Shown: piece by piece, positions 19,251 through 28,401 of the stretch
How positions within the stretch are numbered: position 1 is the first letter of the stretch
How the letters are laid out: each line of letters begins with the position of its first letter
From: Armatimonadota bacterium
GTDB lineage: Bacteria > Armatimonadota > HRBIN16
DNA: 64,000 bases
Assembly: GCA_963677485.1 (NCBI GenBank)
Contig: OY781964.1
Location: 2,944,001-3,008,000, forward strand
Reading direction: 5' to 3'
Program-made: the position numbers and the translations under genes
Notes under the pieces: generated by a model
Database searches by the model: none
Told to the model about the DNA's origin: nothing
What the model saw: the letters and a program-made list of their open reading frames with translations, nothing else

Positions 19251-22001
19251 TTAATGGAGTATGGTTGATATCTCATCCGTGATCTTCAACACCGATTTAT
19301 AATTGCGCGAACGATATTCCTTCAAAGCTGCAGAGAACTTGCGCTGCAGCGGTTCCAGTTGGGCATTGTCTGGCGTCTTAGTTGCCGCCAGTTGAAGGCG
19401 CGCATACATGCATGAGAGCTGGTTGCCGGCTTGCCTCTGCTGCTGGACTGCAATATGTGTGGAGGCCGGTTCCATTCGCGTGAGGGTGAGACGAATGTGG
19501 CTCTGAGAAGCCATGGTCACAGGGTTCCCCGCCGCCAGTTGCACATTTGTGTAGATCGCAGCATGGGCCTTTCCCTGCAATTCCTGGGTCTCCAACCTGT
19601 ACTTCCCTGCCGATAAATGCTTGAACATAATTTCAGTTTTGCGCTTCTCTGAGCTTGGGTTGAAAACCACAAAGTGCCTGGTTGCGCCTGATACTGCATC
19701 ATCATACCCATCTAGTGCATCTAGATTCAGAACCATGATGTTGCGGTCATCAACTTCTGCGAGTGCCTCATAAAGCCAGTAATTCCACATCGACATACCG
19801 GACATATAAGCGGCAGTGTTGCCTCGGTGCCCCCCGTTTCCTTCAAGGCTGTAGAACGGTTCAATTGGGAAATACTGTCCAATTCCAGCCTGCCTGTTGC
19901 CAAGCACTGTGTCACTGCAAGCCGCCGGATAGAAATAGAATGAGTTGATGCGATTCAGGTTAGTGAGTTTGAGCAGCAGGTTATAGATGGGGTTCGTCGT
20001 GTCGTGCTTGAGCAGGGAGGTCATGCAGAGATTTGCCTCTGTGGTCTCCCATGGTGTTGCGACGTGGGCTCCCCCATGAGGATAGAACAATCCCGCATTG
20101 CGAAGTTCGCGGCTGATGGGGTCAGTCTCGTCTTCATACCAGAATGTCACACGTAGAAGGGTGTTCGCGAAATCCCTCGAGTAGCGCAGATATCTGCTGT
20201 CCCCGGTGGCTTTATAGACATCGTATGCCGCGACTGCTCCATATGCGTTCCCGAATAACTCGGTGATAGGGAACTCAACCGGATTGGTGTATTCGCGATT
20301 ATATATTGCATTTTTGACGGTGTATCGCATGGCCGTCAAGAGATTTTTGATACTGGCGGCGGCCTCATTTCGGTACAGACTATCGCCGGAGAGCCGATAA
20401 GCCCGCATCATCACGTAGGCATAAGATCCTACCTGCCACGGTTCGCGTACCATGCCCAGCTTTGGCACGTCGTTCTGCACGAGGGGCATTAGTTTATATG
20501 GATCGAACCATTGCGGGAAAACATAGTCGACTTTGTGTGCATAGTCGATGAGATGGCGTGCTGAGATCAGGAACCGTCCGGCAACTGCGGGGTTCACATC
20601 TCCTGCCGGTGTGGCATCGATGGCGCGTGCTGTTTCTATATGGAAGAACAGGTTCTGCCAGGTCATTTCCAAATCTCCGACATGCTCAGGCTGACGCGTG
20701 CCCCACCGAATCATGCCTGCCTTGGGATCAAAGAACCGCTCCAGACCGTCCACCTTGAGCTTCAGTAGTTCCTGCTGTTTCTTGTCAGGATTGATCCGGG
20801 AATACAGTTCCCATGCAGACAGGTGGTTGTTGACCGTGGAGAAGTCCCATTCATTTTGTATTCTTGGGGCAGATGAGATATGCCCGGGATGAACTACCAT
20901 CTCAGAGGATGGTTCCACCAGGCTCAATGGCCCGTCGGTCCATGGTGCCTTGAGATGAGAGAAGGTACTACCATCCACCATCAAATCGTTAATCGTTTTG
21001 CGTGCGAACTGTGTCCAAGAAACCTGCCCTCCGTCGGCGTAGTTTCGCGGGAAAACTGATGTCGCCGGATGCAGCGGAGCGCACACGCGGACCATCGTGT
21101 CCAGTGCTTGAAGTGATGTCGGTCGCTCGGGACGGGCACCGGAGTACAAGTGGAACTTCACCACCATATCCCCGGATCGTATCCGACTGCCAGACAGCTT
21201 ATCGCTATGCATACCCAGCCCGGTTTTGCCCTCTACGGTCCGTGTGCCCACGTGTAAGTCGAAAAAACGCTGAATGCCGTCGGCGGCCATCCAGGTTGCC
21301 GGGGTCATGTCGAAAAAGACCATGGCCTCTGTGCCTTTGTGCCAGAGATACGCTGCCGGAAAGCCCAAATTGTGGGGTATCCCCAAAGAGCCATATATGC
21401 TCTCCGGTCCCTGATCGACTACTACCTCAGGTTTTGTTTCTGTCATCCATAGAGCCACTGATGGCTGGGGGTTCGGCAGGATCATATCTGCAGGCAGGTG
21501 ACAAGTGATGTTAAAGCTGATCATAGGCGTATCCGAATTGGTCTCAACCAGCATATCCCAGTTATAGTTGGGATTCGTATGAACCCCGCTCAACATGACC
21601 GCTTTGGAAACTTTCGTATTCCGCACAACCTTCGCCTCGCTGGGAATGAGGTTGAAAGAGGAGCCAGTGACTATGGGAGCCGATGTGCCGAAGAAGGGTT
21701 CCCATCGGTCCCCGTGGCGAATGCTTGTTGAGTTTATATAACGATTGCTGGCGTCGCGGGCAAATGTAACCCGCTGCGATTCATTTCCCATTGTGATTGA
21801 GTTTGGAGTAGAGTTCAGAAATAGATCGTGCTGTCCGGCCATGGTTGGTTGGGGAAACAGACCAGCAAGCATCAAGATCATGAACATCATTATAGTGAAC
21901 ATGGTCGAGGTAAAACGTCGCAAGTGCTTATAAGTTCTCTCAAGGAACATGGGTTGACATATACGATTAGTGCCGGCCTGTTTCATATTGGGAATATACA
22001 T
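19251..22001 (-). CDS. Large secreted hypothetical protein, possibly (alpha/alpha)6 glycosidase-like
   Basis: 916-aa ORF; hydrophobic signal/TM near N-terminus; helical repeats such as YRLSGDSLY and YKATGDSRYL; start uncertain. Confidence 0.55.
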   Translation of the reverse strand: MYIPNMKQAGTNRICQPMFLERTYKHLRRFTSTMFTIMMFMILMLAGLFPQPTMAGQHDLFLNSTPNSITMGNESQRVTFARDASNRYINSTSIRHGDRWEPFFGTSAPIVTGSSFNLIPSEAKVVRNTKVSKAVMLSGVHTNPNYNWDMLVETNSDTPMISFNITCHLPADMILPNPQPSVALWMTETKPEVVVDQGPESIYGSLGIPHNLGFPAAYLWHKGTEAMVFFDMTPATWMAADGIQRFFDLHVGTRTVEGKTGLGMHSDKLSGSRIRSGDMVVKFHLYSGARPERPTSLQALDTMVRVCAPLHPATSVFPRNYADGGQVSWTQFARKTINDLMVDGSTFSHLKAPWTDGPLSLVEPSSEMVVHPGHISSAPRIQNEWDFSTVNNHLSAWELYSRINPDKKQQELLKLKVDGLERFFDPKAGMIRWGTRQPEHVGDLEMTWQNLFFHIETARAIDATPAGDVNPAVAGRFLISARHLIDYAHKVDYVFPQWFDPYKLMPLVQNDVPKLGMVREPWQVGSYAYVMMRAYRLSGDSLYRNEAAASIKNLLTAMRYTVKNAIYNREYTNPVEFPITELFGNAYGAVAAYDVYKATGDSRYLRYSRDFANTLLRVTFWYEDETDPISRELRNAGLFYPHGGAHVATPWETTEANLCMTSLLKHDTTNPIYNLLLKLTNLNRINSFYFYPAACSDTVLGNRQAGIGQYFPIEPFYSLEGNGGHRGNTAAYMSGMSMWNYWLYEALAEVDDRNIMVLNLDALDGYDDAVSGATRHFVVFNPSSEKRKTEIMFKHLSAGKYRLETQELQGKAHAAIYTNVQLAAGNPVTMASQSHIRLTLTRMEPASTHIAVQQQRQAGNQLSCMYARLQLAATKTPDNAQLEPLQRKFSAALKEYRSRNYKSVLKITDEISTILH

Positions 22002-22305
22002 ATCTTCTTCTCCATCAATTCAAAAGGGGAAGCCCACGGCCTTGCTGTGGGCTTCCATAGCTTAACGCATACACGCTGGGAGTGCAAATATCATGTGGTA
22101 TATGGCCAAGTATTATCGCCATGTTCTATTCGGTCAGATCGAGATGAAAGTTGGCAAGGTGCTGGTTGGTTTAGCCCGGAACGATGCATGGCTGCTTACC
22201 GCTCTATGTCAGTCTATTACCCACAAATATAACTGAAGTACCGCCAGGCGCTAAAGCACAAGGCTATTGACCTACAAATATTGCATGGCCAGTAGGTCAC
22301 CGATT

Positions 22306-22592
22306 CCGCGACACAAATGTCTCGGCTATTGACCTACCAAGCACCCGCCCGTGCATGCCCGGCAGCCCAGGCTGTAACTGATACGGTCGTAGGGGCGTCC
22401 CTTGTGGGCGCCCTAAAACCAAAACTATCGAATCAACAACGATTAGGGCGCCCACAAGGGACGCCCCTACGACCAGCTATATAAAAGCATGCTGAAGCAG
22501 TCTGCATTTACGTTATTACCATCGGCATATGGTTCCGGCAGCCCGATTCATCGGGCTTGATGACCAATAGCCGAGACATTTATGTCGCGGAA
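22306..22592. repeat. Composite REP cluster
   Basis: Outer inverted CCGCGACA(C/T)AAATGTCTCGGCTAT units; inner GTAGGGGCGTCCCTTGTGGGCGCCC doublet at 22389-22470; CAGCCCAGGCTGTAAC module. Confidence 0.85.
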
Positions 22593-22686
22593 TCAGTGAC
22601 CGAATAGTTAGGCGATATTTATGGGCACTTAACTGTGCTCACTGGCGATGGAGGTGGATGTTTTCATGGCCATATGCAGCCCGCCC

Positions 22687-24669
22687 CTACCGGTCGCCTA
22701 AGGCCTCCTTCACCAGAGCCAGCTTCTTGGCGATCTCCGCCAGGTCCACCAGCATCAACGGACTGCTGGCCTTGGAGGGGTCGGTGAGGGTGATATAGCC
22801 CCTGGGTTGGCCATCCAGGCTGTAGCATAGTGCTCCCTGGTCATCGTTGCGGTCGATCGTCCCGGTGAATGGGTATTCGGCTGGCTGTAACGCCGTATGA
22901 CTGGTAAAAACTTGCATCATTTTGCCGTCTGCCATTGAGGCGTCCACACCATATAGCTTTTCTCCGGGTGTCACTGGCTGGCAATCCGTCAAGTCGATAG
23001 CCTTCATTGGTCTAATTGGCAGTTTCCTCAACTTGCCGATGGACAAACCGAGCCTTTCGGAGGTGAACACGGTGGCGATGGCGCCGATCTGGCCTTGGTC
23101 GTCCACAATAGCCGAATCGAATTCAGTGCTGAGGAAGTTACTGCGCATCTGTTGTGGTGAGGTATCTGCTGCAGGGTGGGTGGTTTTGTTATCATCAAAC
23201 CATCCCGTATGAGGCAGCACGAAATAGCCCGACCCATCGATGCAGACCGCTGAGCATATCACATCACCAAAAGGTTCCTTTTCTGAGTCTAGAAATCCCC
23301 AGTTACGGATATTGTGTGGTATCCTGGCGACAGCCGACGGAGATGTTTGTCTGCGCTTGTCCTTAGCCATGCTCAGCTGAATTCCCGGCATCAGGTTTTG
23401 TAGACGCTTCACCGCCGTGCTGGCTCCATTGTATGCAAAAGTGTAGGAAGCATTAACATCAGACTGCATCATCAATGCTGCCGCACGCCCATCACTGTTA
23501 AAGAGGATACCGGACGCCACCGAACCCACTACTATGCGATCGGGATAGGACGGATCGTGACCATCAACTACACCACTGTTCACGTTTGATGGCATGCAGC
23601 CATAAACAGTCTCGCCGACCTGTGGCAGTTCGTCTACCTGCCAAGTAATCGGTGTCAATGGTTTCTTCAGCGGGGCGACGGGTGACAGCACTGCCATGTT
23701 TCCGCCCTTTTCTATCTTCTTCCAACGCATCTGGCACTTGGTACCGTTGGTCAGTGTGGCTTTAGCCGGTTGGGAGCCAGGCCGTGATGCCTTCTCCAGC
23801 ATCTTTGAAGGCATTATTACCAGCACATCGCCTGATGGAGTGAGTGCGTAATAATCGGTGTTTTCGTAGCGATTCTCTTCAGACTCGTATCTGAGTGTGC
23901 CCATGCTGTTCTTGTTTGCATCATATACGCGCTGATATATGGGGTCCACCGGCTCCTTGATGTCCACAACAGGCTTCACACGAACACCGGTATTACTCGA
24001 TATGAAATTCCAAAGACGATCATCAAGTGTCCATACAGAGACGCCGCTGGAGGTCTCCTGACCGCTCCATGCTATGAACTGCCCGGTTAGCGCACTGAAT
24101 ACCAGGTGCATCGGGTTGTATATGTCGTAAGGTACCGATTTGCCAAAAACACCAGACACTGCTTTTTGGTTGACCACGTAATCCTTGGACTCCTCAGACC
24201 TTATGACTGACAACACGTGCAAACCTAGTGGTAAGTGACAGGGCTGGGAGATATCTATATAAGGCAGTGGACCGATTGGTTCGGCAGGTACCAGGATGCT
24301 TAAGTAGGCAGCAGGATCATAGGCTTTCAGCCGGTATTCGATGCTTCGGCCATCGGCCATTTGTATAAAGGGCTGACCTGTGAAGGTGGTCTTTTGGGGA
24401 TCGCTTACCTGGCTCCAAGCCAGTCTGGCATCGCATTTCCCCTGCAGCATCACCGCACCTTCAGGTGATATGATTACCCCGATGTTTTTGTATTTGTAGC
24501 TCTGGTCCTTGTTGAACTCATTCCATTTCAAGGTCATAGTGACCAGCACCACGCACTGGTCAACCTGCTTCTGAACTCGGCTGAGCACGTCGTCTGAGAC
24601 GGGATCCGCAGAGCAGGTTCGAATGCCGAGGGTCAGCAAGCAAATGGCCGCTAATAGTAGCCGCTTCAT
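22687..24669 (-). CDS. Secreted protein with degenerate trypsin-like domains (paralog 1)
   Basis: Signal peptide; repeated GVIISPEG / SGILFNSDGR / GALCYSLDGQPRG motifs; colinear with the adjacent gene. Confidence 0.55.
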   Translation of the reverse strand: MKRLLLAAICLLTLGIRTCSADPVSDDVLSRVQKQVDQCVVLVTMTLKWNEFNKDQSYKYKNIGVIISPEGAVMLQGKCDARLAWSQVSDPQKTTFTGQPFIQMADGRSIEYRLKAYDPAAYLSILVPAEPIGPLPYIDISQPCHLPLGLHVLSVIRSEESKDYVVNQKAVSGVFGKSVPYDIYNPMHLVFSALTGQFIAWSGQETSSGVSVWTLDDRLWNFISSNTGVRVKPVVDIKEPVDPIYQRVYDANKNSMGTLRYESEENRYENTDYYALTPSGDVLVIMPSKMLEKASRPGSQPAKATLTNGTKCQMRWKKIEKGGNMAVLSPVAPLKKPLTPITWQVDELPQVGETVYGCMPSNVNSGVVDGHDPSYPDRIVVGSVASGILFNSDGRAAALMMQSDVNASYTFAYNGASTAVKRLQNLMPGIQLSMAKDKRRQTSPSAVARIPHNIRNWGFLDSEKEPFGDVICSAVCIDGSGYFVLPHTGWFDDNKTTHPAADTSPQQMRSNFLSTEFDSAIVDDQGQIGAIATVFTSERLGLSIGKLRKLPIRPMKAIDLTDCQPVTPGEKLYGVDASMADGKMMQVFTSHTALQPAEYPFTGTIDRNDDQGALCYSLDGQPRGYITLTDPSKASSPLMLVDLAEIAKKLALVKEALGDR

Positions 24670-24700
24670 ATCAGTTTCCTCCGTTGATGCTCATGGTTTG

Positions 24701-24882
24701 GACACGGCACGCCGTGCATCAGGACGGGACACGGCACGCCGTGCATCAGGACGGGACACGGCACGCCGTGCATCAGGGCGGTGACACAGCACGCCGTGCA
24801 TCAGGGCGGTGACACAGCGCGCCGTGCACCAGGGCGGGGACACGGCACTCCGTGCACCAGGGCGGGGAGACCCCGCCCCTAC
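24701..24882. repeat. Tandem array of six 27-28 bp palindromic units plus terminal GTAG REP
   Basis: Units GACACGGCACGCCGTGCATCAGG start at 24701, 24728, 24755, 24783, 24811 and 24839. Confidence 0.95.
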
Positions 24883-26858
24883 CGATCGCCTAAGGCCTTC
24901 TTGACATATGCCAGACTCTTATCGATTTCCGCCATGTCAACCAAAACCGACTTCTGGTGGTTCGTTAATGATGTGACCCTGGATCCATATCCTCGCAGAG
25001 TTCCGTCTGAGCTGACCACCAGAAAGGCGGTATCAACACCGTCATCGCCTTGCCCAGGATCAACGATGCGGGCCGCCGGTTTGTATTGCTTTCGGTAGGG
25101 GATCAATCGGCCATCGTATAATGCCACATCAACATTCCATAGCTGTTCGGAGCTGGGGGCGACAAGGCAGTGGGCCAGGCTGACCGCCTTCATCGGGCGC
25201 GTGGGCGGCTTGAGCATTTTGCTGATGGAGATGCCCAGTTTGGGATTGTGGTACACAACCGCTGCTTGACCAGTCGTGCCCGATTCATCACGAATATAGT
25301 CCATATCATCACGACTGTTGAATGCCTTTACGATGTCGCCAGATCGGCTCTCAACCATGTGGTAACTCTTCATTGGCAGCACGAAGTAGCCTGAAGCATC
25401 GATGCATATGGCGGTGCTGTTCCACCCAAGGGGTATTCCTACGTTGATGTTATGGCCGGATTCCCAACCCCATATGCGGTAACCCTGGCTCAGTGCCGTC
25501 ATGACAGGGGCCACCGTGTTCTGCTGATTAACCTTGACCGTGCTAATCGTTTGGCCAGGCACCAGCGACTGCACATACTTCACACTCTCGGCGGTGCTGG
25601 TCGTCTGCCCAACATACACTCCCCACGCCATCCTGGTCAGTCCCACTGCCCGGCCCTGGCCGTCGAACAGAATGAACGGGGGCCAGTCGCGCACGACAAA
25701 ACGCTCTGGGTAGGCGCGGTCGTGTCCCACCAGCTCTTCGTTACTCACGTCACCATAGTTGCACGCGAAATACCGTCGGTCAATCTGTGGCTGACTGCCT
25801 AAGGCCCACACCACTGGCTTGAGCGGTCGCTGTAAGGGCTTCAACGGGCGCAAGATAGCCAGTTGTTGGGTCTTGTCGACTGCCATCAACTTCATCTTGA
25901 TCTTCTGTCCATCCGGCAGAATGGCGGTCGCTGGCATCTTGTTGACTCTAGGTTTTGCTTCACTCATCTCAAACGGTAGGTTCGTCAGCATATCACCTGC
26001 CAAAGTAAGAACATAGGCAGTGTAGACATCATGTTTGGGGTTATCCTCAAACTGAAATTGCACCTGGCACATGCTATTGCGCAGAGGAGCGTAGGCCCGG
26101 CTATACTGCGGATCGACAGGTCCCTCAACTGCACCGCGGTCGCTGAACTTGATACCGACATATTTTGTAATGAACTGTTTGTTTTGCTGGGACAACTGGG
26201 TGATTTTGGTGTATCCGGATCTGGTGTCGAAGTGGAAGCCGATAAACTCACCCGTACTGGCGCTGAACGCCAGGGCGAGCAGCGTGAGTGGACTGTCGGA
26301 CACTGGAACTTCTGGGTCATTGGTGACAACCGCCTTGTCGATGGTCACCGCGCTGTTATAGTTATCTGTTTGTCGGACATACACGGGCATCCCCATTGGC
26401 ACACGCCAGGTATTGGAGATGTCAAGATATGGCTGATTCTTGAGGGGCTTCACAGGCGTGATTAGGCTCCAGTGCTGATGACCTGAGCCAGCCACCTGCT
26501 TATATGCCACCCAGCGTCCATTGGCGAGCCGGACTTTTGTTGATTTCCAAAGCTCTCGGTAAGGTTTGTCATATTCGTCTGTGCCGTTGTATAACGGGTA
26601 TCCCCATCCGCCGTATATGATCGCAGTGCCGTCGGATTTGATCACAATCGCAGTATCTGCTCGTTTGTTAAACTCAGGCGTGCCATCGTGCCGAACCATA
26701 CGCGTTTCTTTCACTTGCACCAGGCAGCGGTCGAGTTGCTGCTGCACTCGGTTCCGACCATCGCCTGAAAGTGGCGGAAACGGCTTGTTGCCGCAGCCTG
26801 CGAGCGTCAGCAGGCAAAAAATCGAGATAAGCAGACGGTTCATACACATCGCCTCCAT
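24879..26858 (-). CDS. Lipoprotein with degenerate trypsin-like domains (paralog 2)
   Basis: Lipobox LAGC; shares AICIDASGYFVLP and the C-terminal ALGDR with paralog 1. Confidence 0.55.
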   Translation of the reverse strand: MEAMCMNRLLISIFCLLTLAGCGNKPFPPLSGDGRNRVQQQLDRCLVQVKETRMVRHDGTPEFNKRADTAIVIKSDGTAIIYGGWGYPLYNGTDEYDKPYRELWKSTKVRLANGRWVAYKQVAGSGHQHWSLITPVKPLKNQPYLDISNTWRVPMGMPVYVRQTDNYNSAVTIDKAVVTNDPEVPVSDSPLTLLALAFSASTGEFIGFHFDTRSGYTKITQLSQQNKQFITKYVGIKFSDRGAVEGPVDPQYSRAYAPLRNSMCQVQFQFEDNPKHDVYTAYVLTLAGDMLTNLPFEMSEAKPRVNKMPATAILPDGQKIKMKLMAVDKTQQLAILRPLKPLQRPLKPVVWALGSQPQIDRRYFACNYGDVSNEELVGHDRAYPERFVVRDWPPFILFDGQGRAVGLTRMAWGVYVGQTTSTAESVKYVQSLVPGQTISTVKVNQQNTVAPVMTALSQGYRIWGWESGHNINVGIPLGWNSTAICIDASGYFVLPMKSYHMVESRSGDIVKAFNSRDDMDYIRDESGTTGQAAVVYHNPKLGISISKMLKPPTRPMKAVSLAHCLVAPSSEQLWNVDVALYDGRLIPYRKQYKPAARIVDPGQGDDGVDTAFLVVSSDGTLRGYGSRVTSLTNHQKSVLVDMAEIDKSLAYVKKALGDR

Positions 26859-27020
26859 TGCGATTTTGGCCGAAAATAGTGGCCAAAATATGGTTTATTA
26901 CAGCTTTATTTACAATGATACCACGAATCGATTTTGGATGGTGCCACAGTTGTCGGTAAGCCAGGTCAATGAACCCGTGATAAACTCGTAGATAGAACGG
27001 TGACAAATAGAGGTGACGGC

Positions 27021-27785
27021 ATGAACGCGATAGAGGCAAAACAGCTCGCTCAGTGGATCTACGAAAGCAAGTATATGGTGGCATTGACCGGTGCCGGTAT
27101 ATCGACAGCGGCCGGACTGCCCGACTTCCGGGGCAAAGGCGGGTTATACGAACGCCCAGGTTACGATCCCGAGACGATTTTTGATATCAGGCACTTCCCA
27201 AAGAAGCCCAAACCATTCTTCGACTTCAGCCGTGAGTTGATTGGCATGGTCGGTGACCTGACCCCCACCTTCACACATAAGCTGCTGGCGCGGTGGGAGC
27301 GGGAGGGCAAATTGCATGCACTGCTGACGCAGAACATAGACCCGCTGCATCAGATGGCAGGCAGCACGAACGTGATCAGCCTGCACGGCAACTACTGGAA
27401 CAGTCATTGCTTGAGCTGCAAACAAACCTATACCTACGATCTGCTGGTCAAAATGCTGCTCGAGCAGGATGTGCCTCGCTGCCAATGCGGCGGGTTGATT
27501 AAGCCGGATGTGGTGTTTTTCGGGGAGCAGGTGAGTGAGTTTGAGCCGGCTCTGGCCAAAGTCAAGGCCTGCGATCTTCTTCTAGTGCTGGGCAGCAGCC
27601 TGGTGGTCTACCCGGTGGCCTTGCTGCCCGCCTATGCCAAAGGCAGGGTGGTGGTGGTGAACCTTGGCGATGTGGATATGGCACCAGGTAAGAAGACGAT
27701 GGTGGTGAACGCCGATCTGGACAGCTTCTTCAAGCTTGTGGATGTTGAATTAACCGCGTTGATGGTTCAACAAGCTATGTCATAA
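27021..27785 (+). CDS. cobB: Sir2-family NAD-dependent protein deacylase
   Basis: TGAGISTAAGLPDFRG, TQNID, LHG, Zn-binding Cys pairs, KPDVVFFGE, GSSL; ATG 27021 with GAGG RBS. Confidence 0.92.
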   Translation: MNAIEAKQLAQWIYESKYMVALTGAGISTAAGLPDFRGKGGLYERPGYDPETIFDIRHFPKKPKPFFDFSRELIGMVGDLTPTFTHKLLARWEREGKLHALLTQNIDPLHQMAGSTNVISLHGNYWNSHCLSCKQTYTYDLLVKMLLEQDVPRCQCGGLIKPDVVFFGEQVSEFEPALAKVKACDLLLVLGSSLVVYPVALLPAYAKGRVVVVNLGDVDMAPGKKTMVVNADLDSFFKLVDVELTALMVQQAMS

Positions 27786-27827
27786 GCGCACAGGAGTTTT
27801 GGTATGGATAAGGGGCAGGGTAATCTT

Positions 27828-28280
27828 ATGAAAATCGCGACATATGTCGTCGGTATCTTGCTGGTGGTCGTGGTCATTTGGCAGATATCGGCATCCCTGC
27901 ACCAACGATCGGCCATCAGTGACATGAAGCGTTCCACAGCCACGGTGTATCCGCTGCCGCCGCCAGACGATTCGGTTGACGCCGTCTACTACGTCAACAC
28001 CAAATCGGATAAATACCACACGCGGAAATGCCCGATAGCGATAACGGCTGCCGATGCTTACATCAAGCCCGAAGAGGCCGTCCATCAGAGCCAGTATCGT
28101 AAGTGCCCCTATTATTTAGGGGGACGTTCTGTTGGTTCCTCCCAGCAGCAGTCGGATGATGCCGAGTTTAGTGTCGCGAAGACACGGCTGATGATGAGTG
28201 GTGATCAGGATAACCAGCAGGTGATCACAGATATGACCAAGCAGCAGGAAGGCGCCGTCAAACACGGAACCGGCAGGTAG
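27828..28280 (+). CDS. Membrane-anchored hypothetical protein with small metal-binding motif
   Basis: N-terminal TM; YYVNTKSDKYHTRKC...YRKCPY resembles Ada-like/ComEC-tail motifs. Confidence 0.55.
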   Translation: MKIATYVVGILLVVVVIWQISASLHQRSAISDMKRSTATVYPLPPPDDSVDAVYYVNTKSDKYHTRKCPIAITAADAYIKPEEAVHQSQYRKCPYYLGGRSVGSSQQQSDDAEFSVAKTRLMMSGDQDNQQVITDMTKQQEGAVKHGTGR

Positions 28281-28301
28281 GGTCAGTTTTCTGGTGGGGT
28301 G

Positions 28302-28374
28302 TGGCGTGCCGTGTCTTGGGCGGGGAGACCGCATTTCGCAGCGTGCCGTGTCTTGGGCGGGGTCTCCCCGCCCA
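28302..28374. repeat. REP-like units related to the 24.7-kb array
   Basis: Two GCGTGCCGTGTCTTGGGCGGGG units and hairpin GGGCGGGGTCTCCCCGCCC between convergent genes. Confidence 0.75.
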
Positions 28375-28401
28375 CATACGCCCCGCCACCAACGGTTCCT
28401 T

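Noticed and set aside
24701-24866. Possible CRISPR array
   Set aside because: Units are contiguous with no unique spacers, and there are no cas genes in the window
27021-27785. Sir2 as partner of HerA (Sir2-HerA defence system)
   Set aside because: It lies 20 kb from herA and is a canonical Zn-binding CobB-type deacylase
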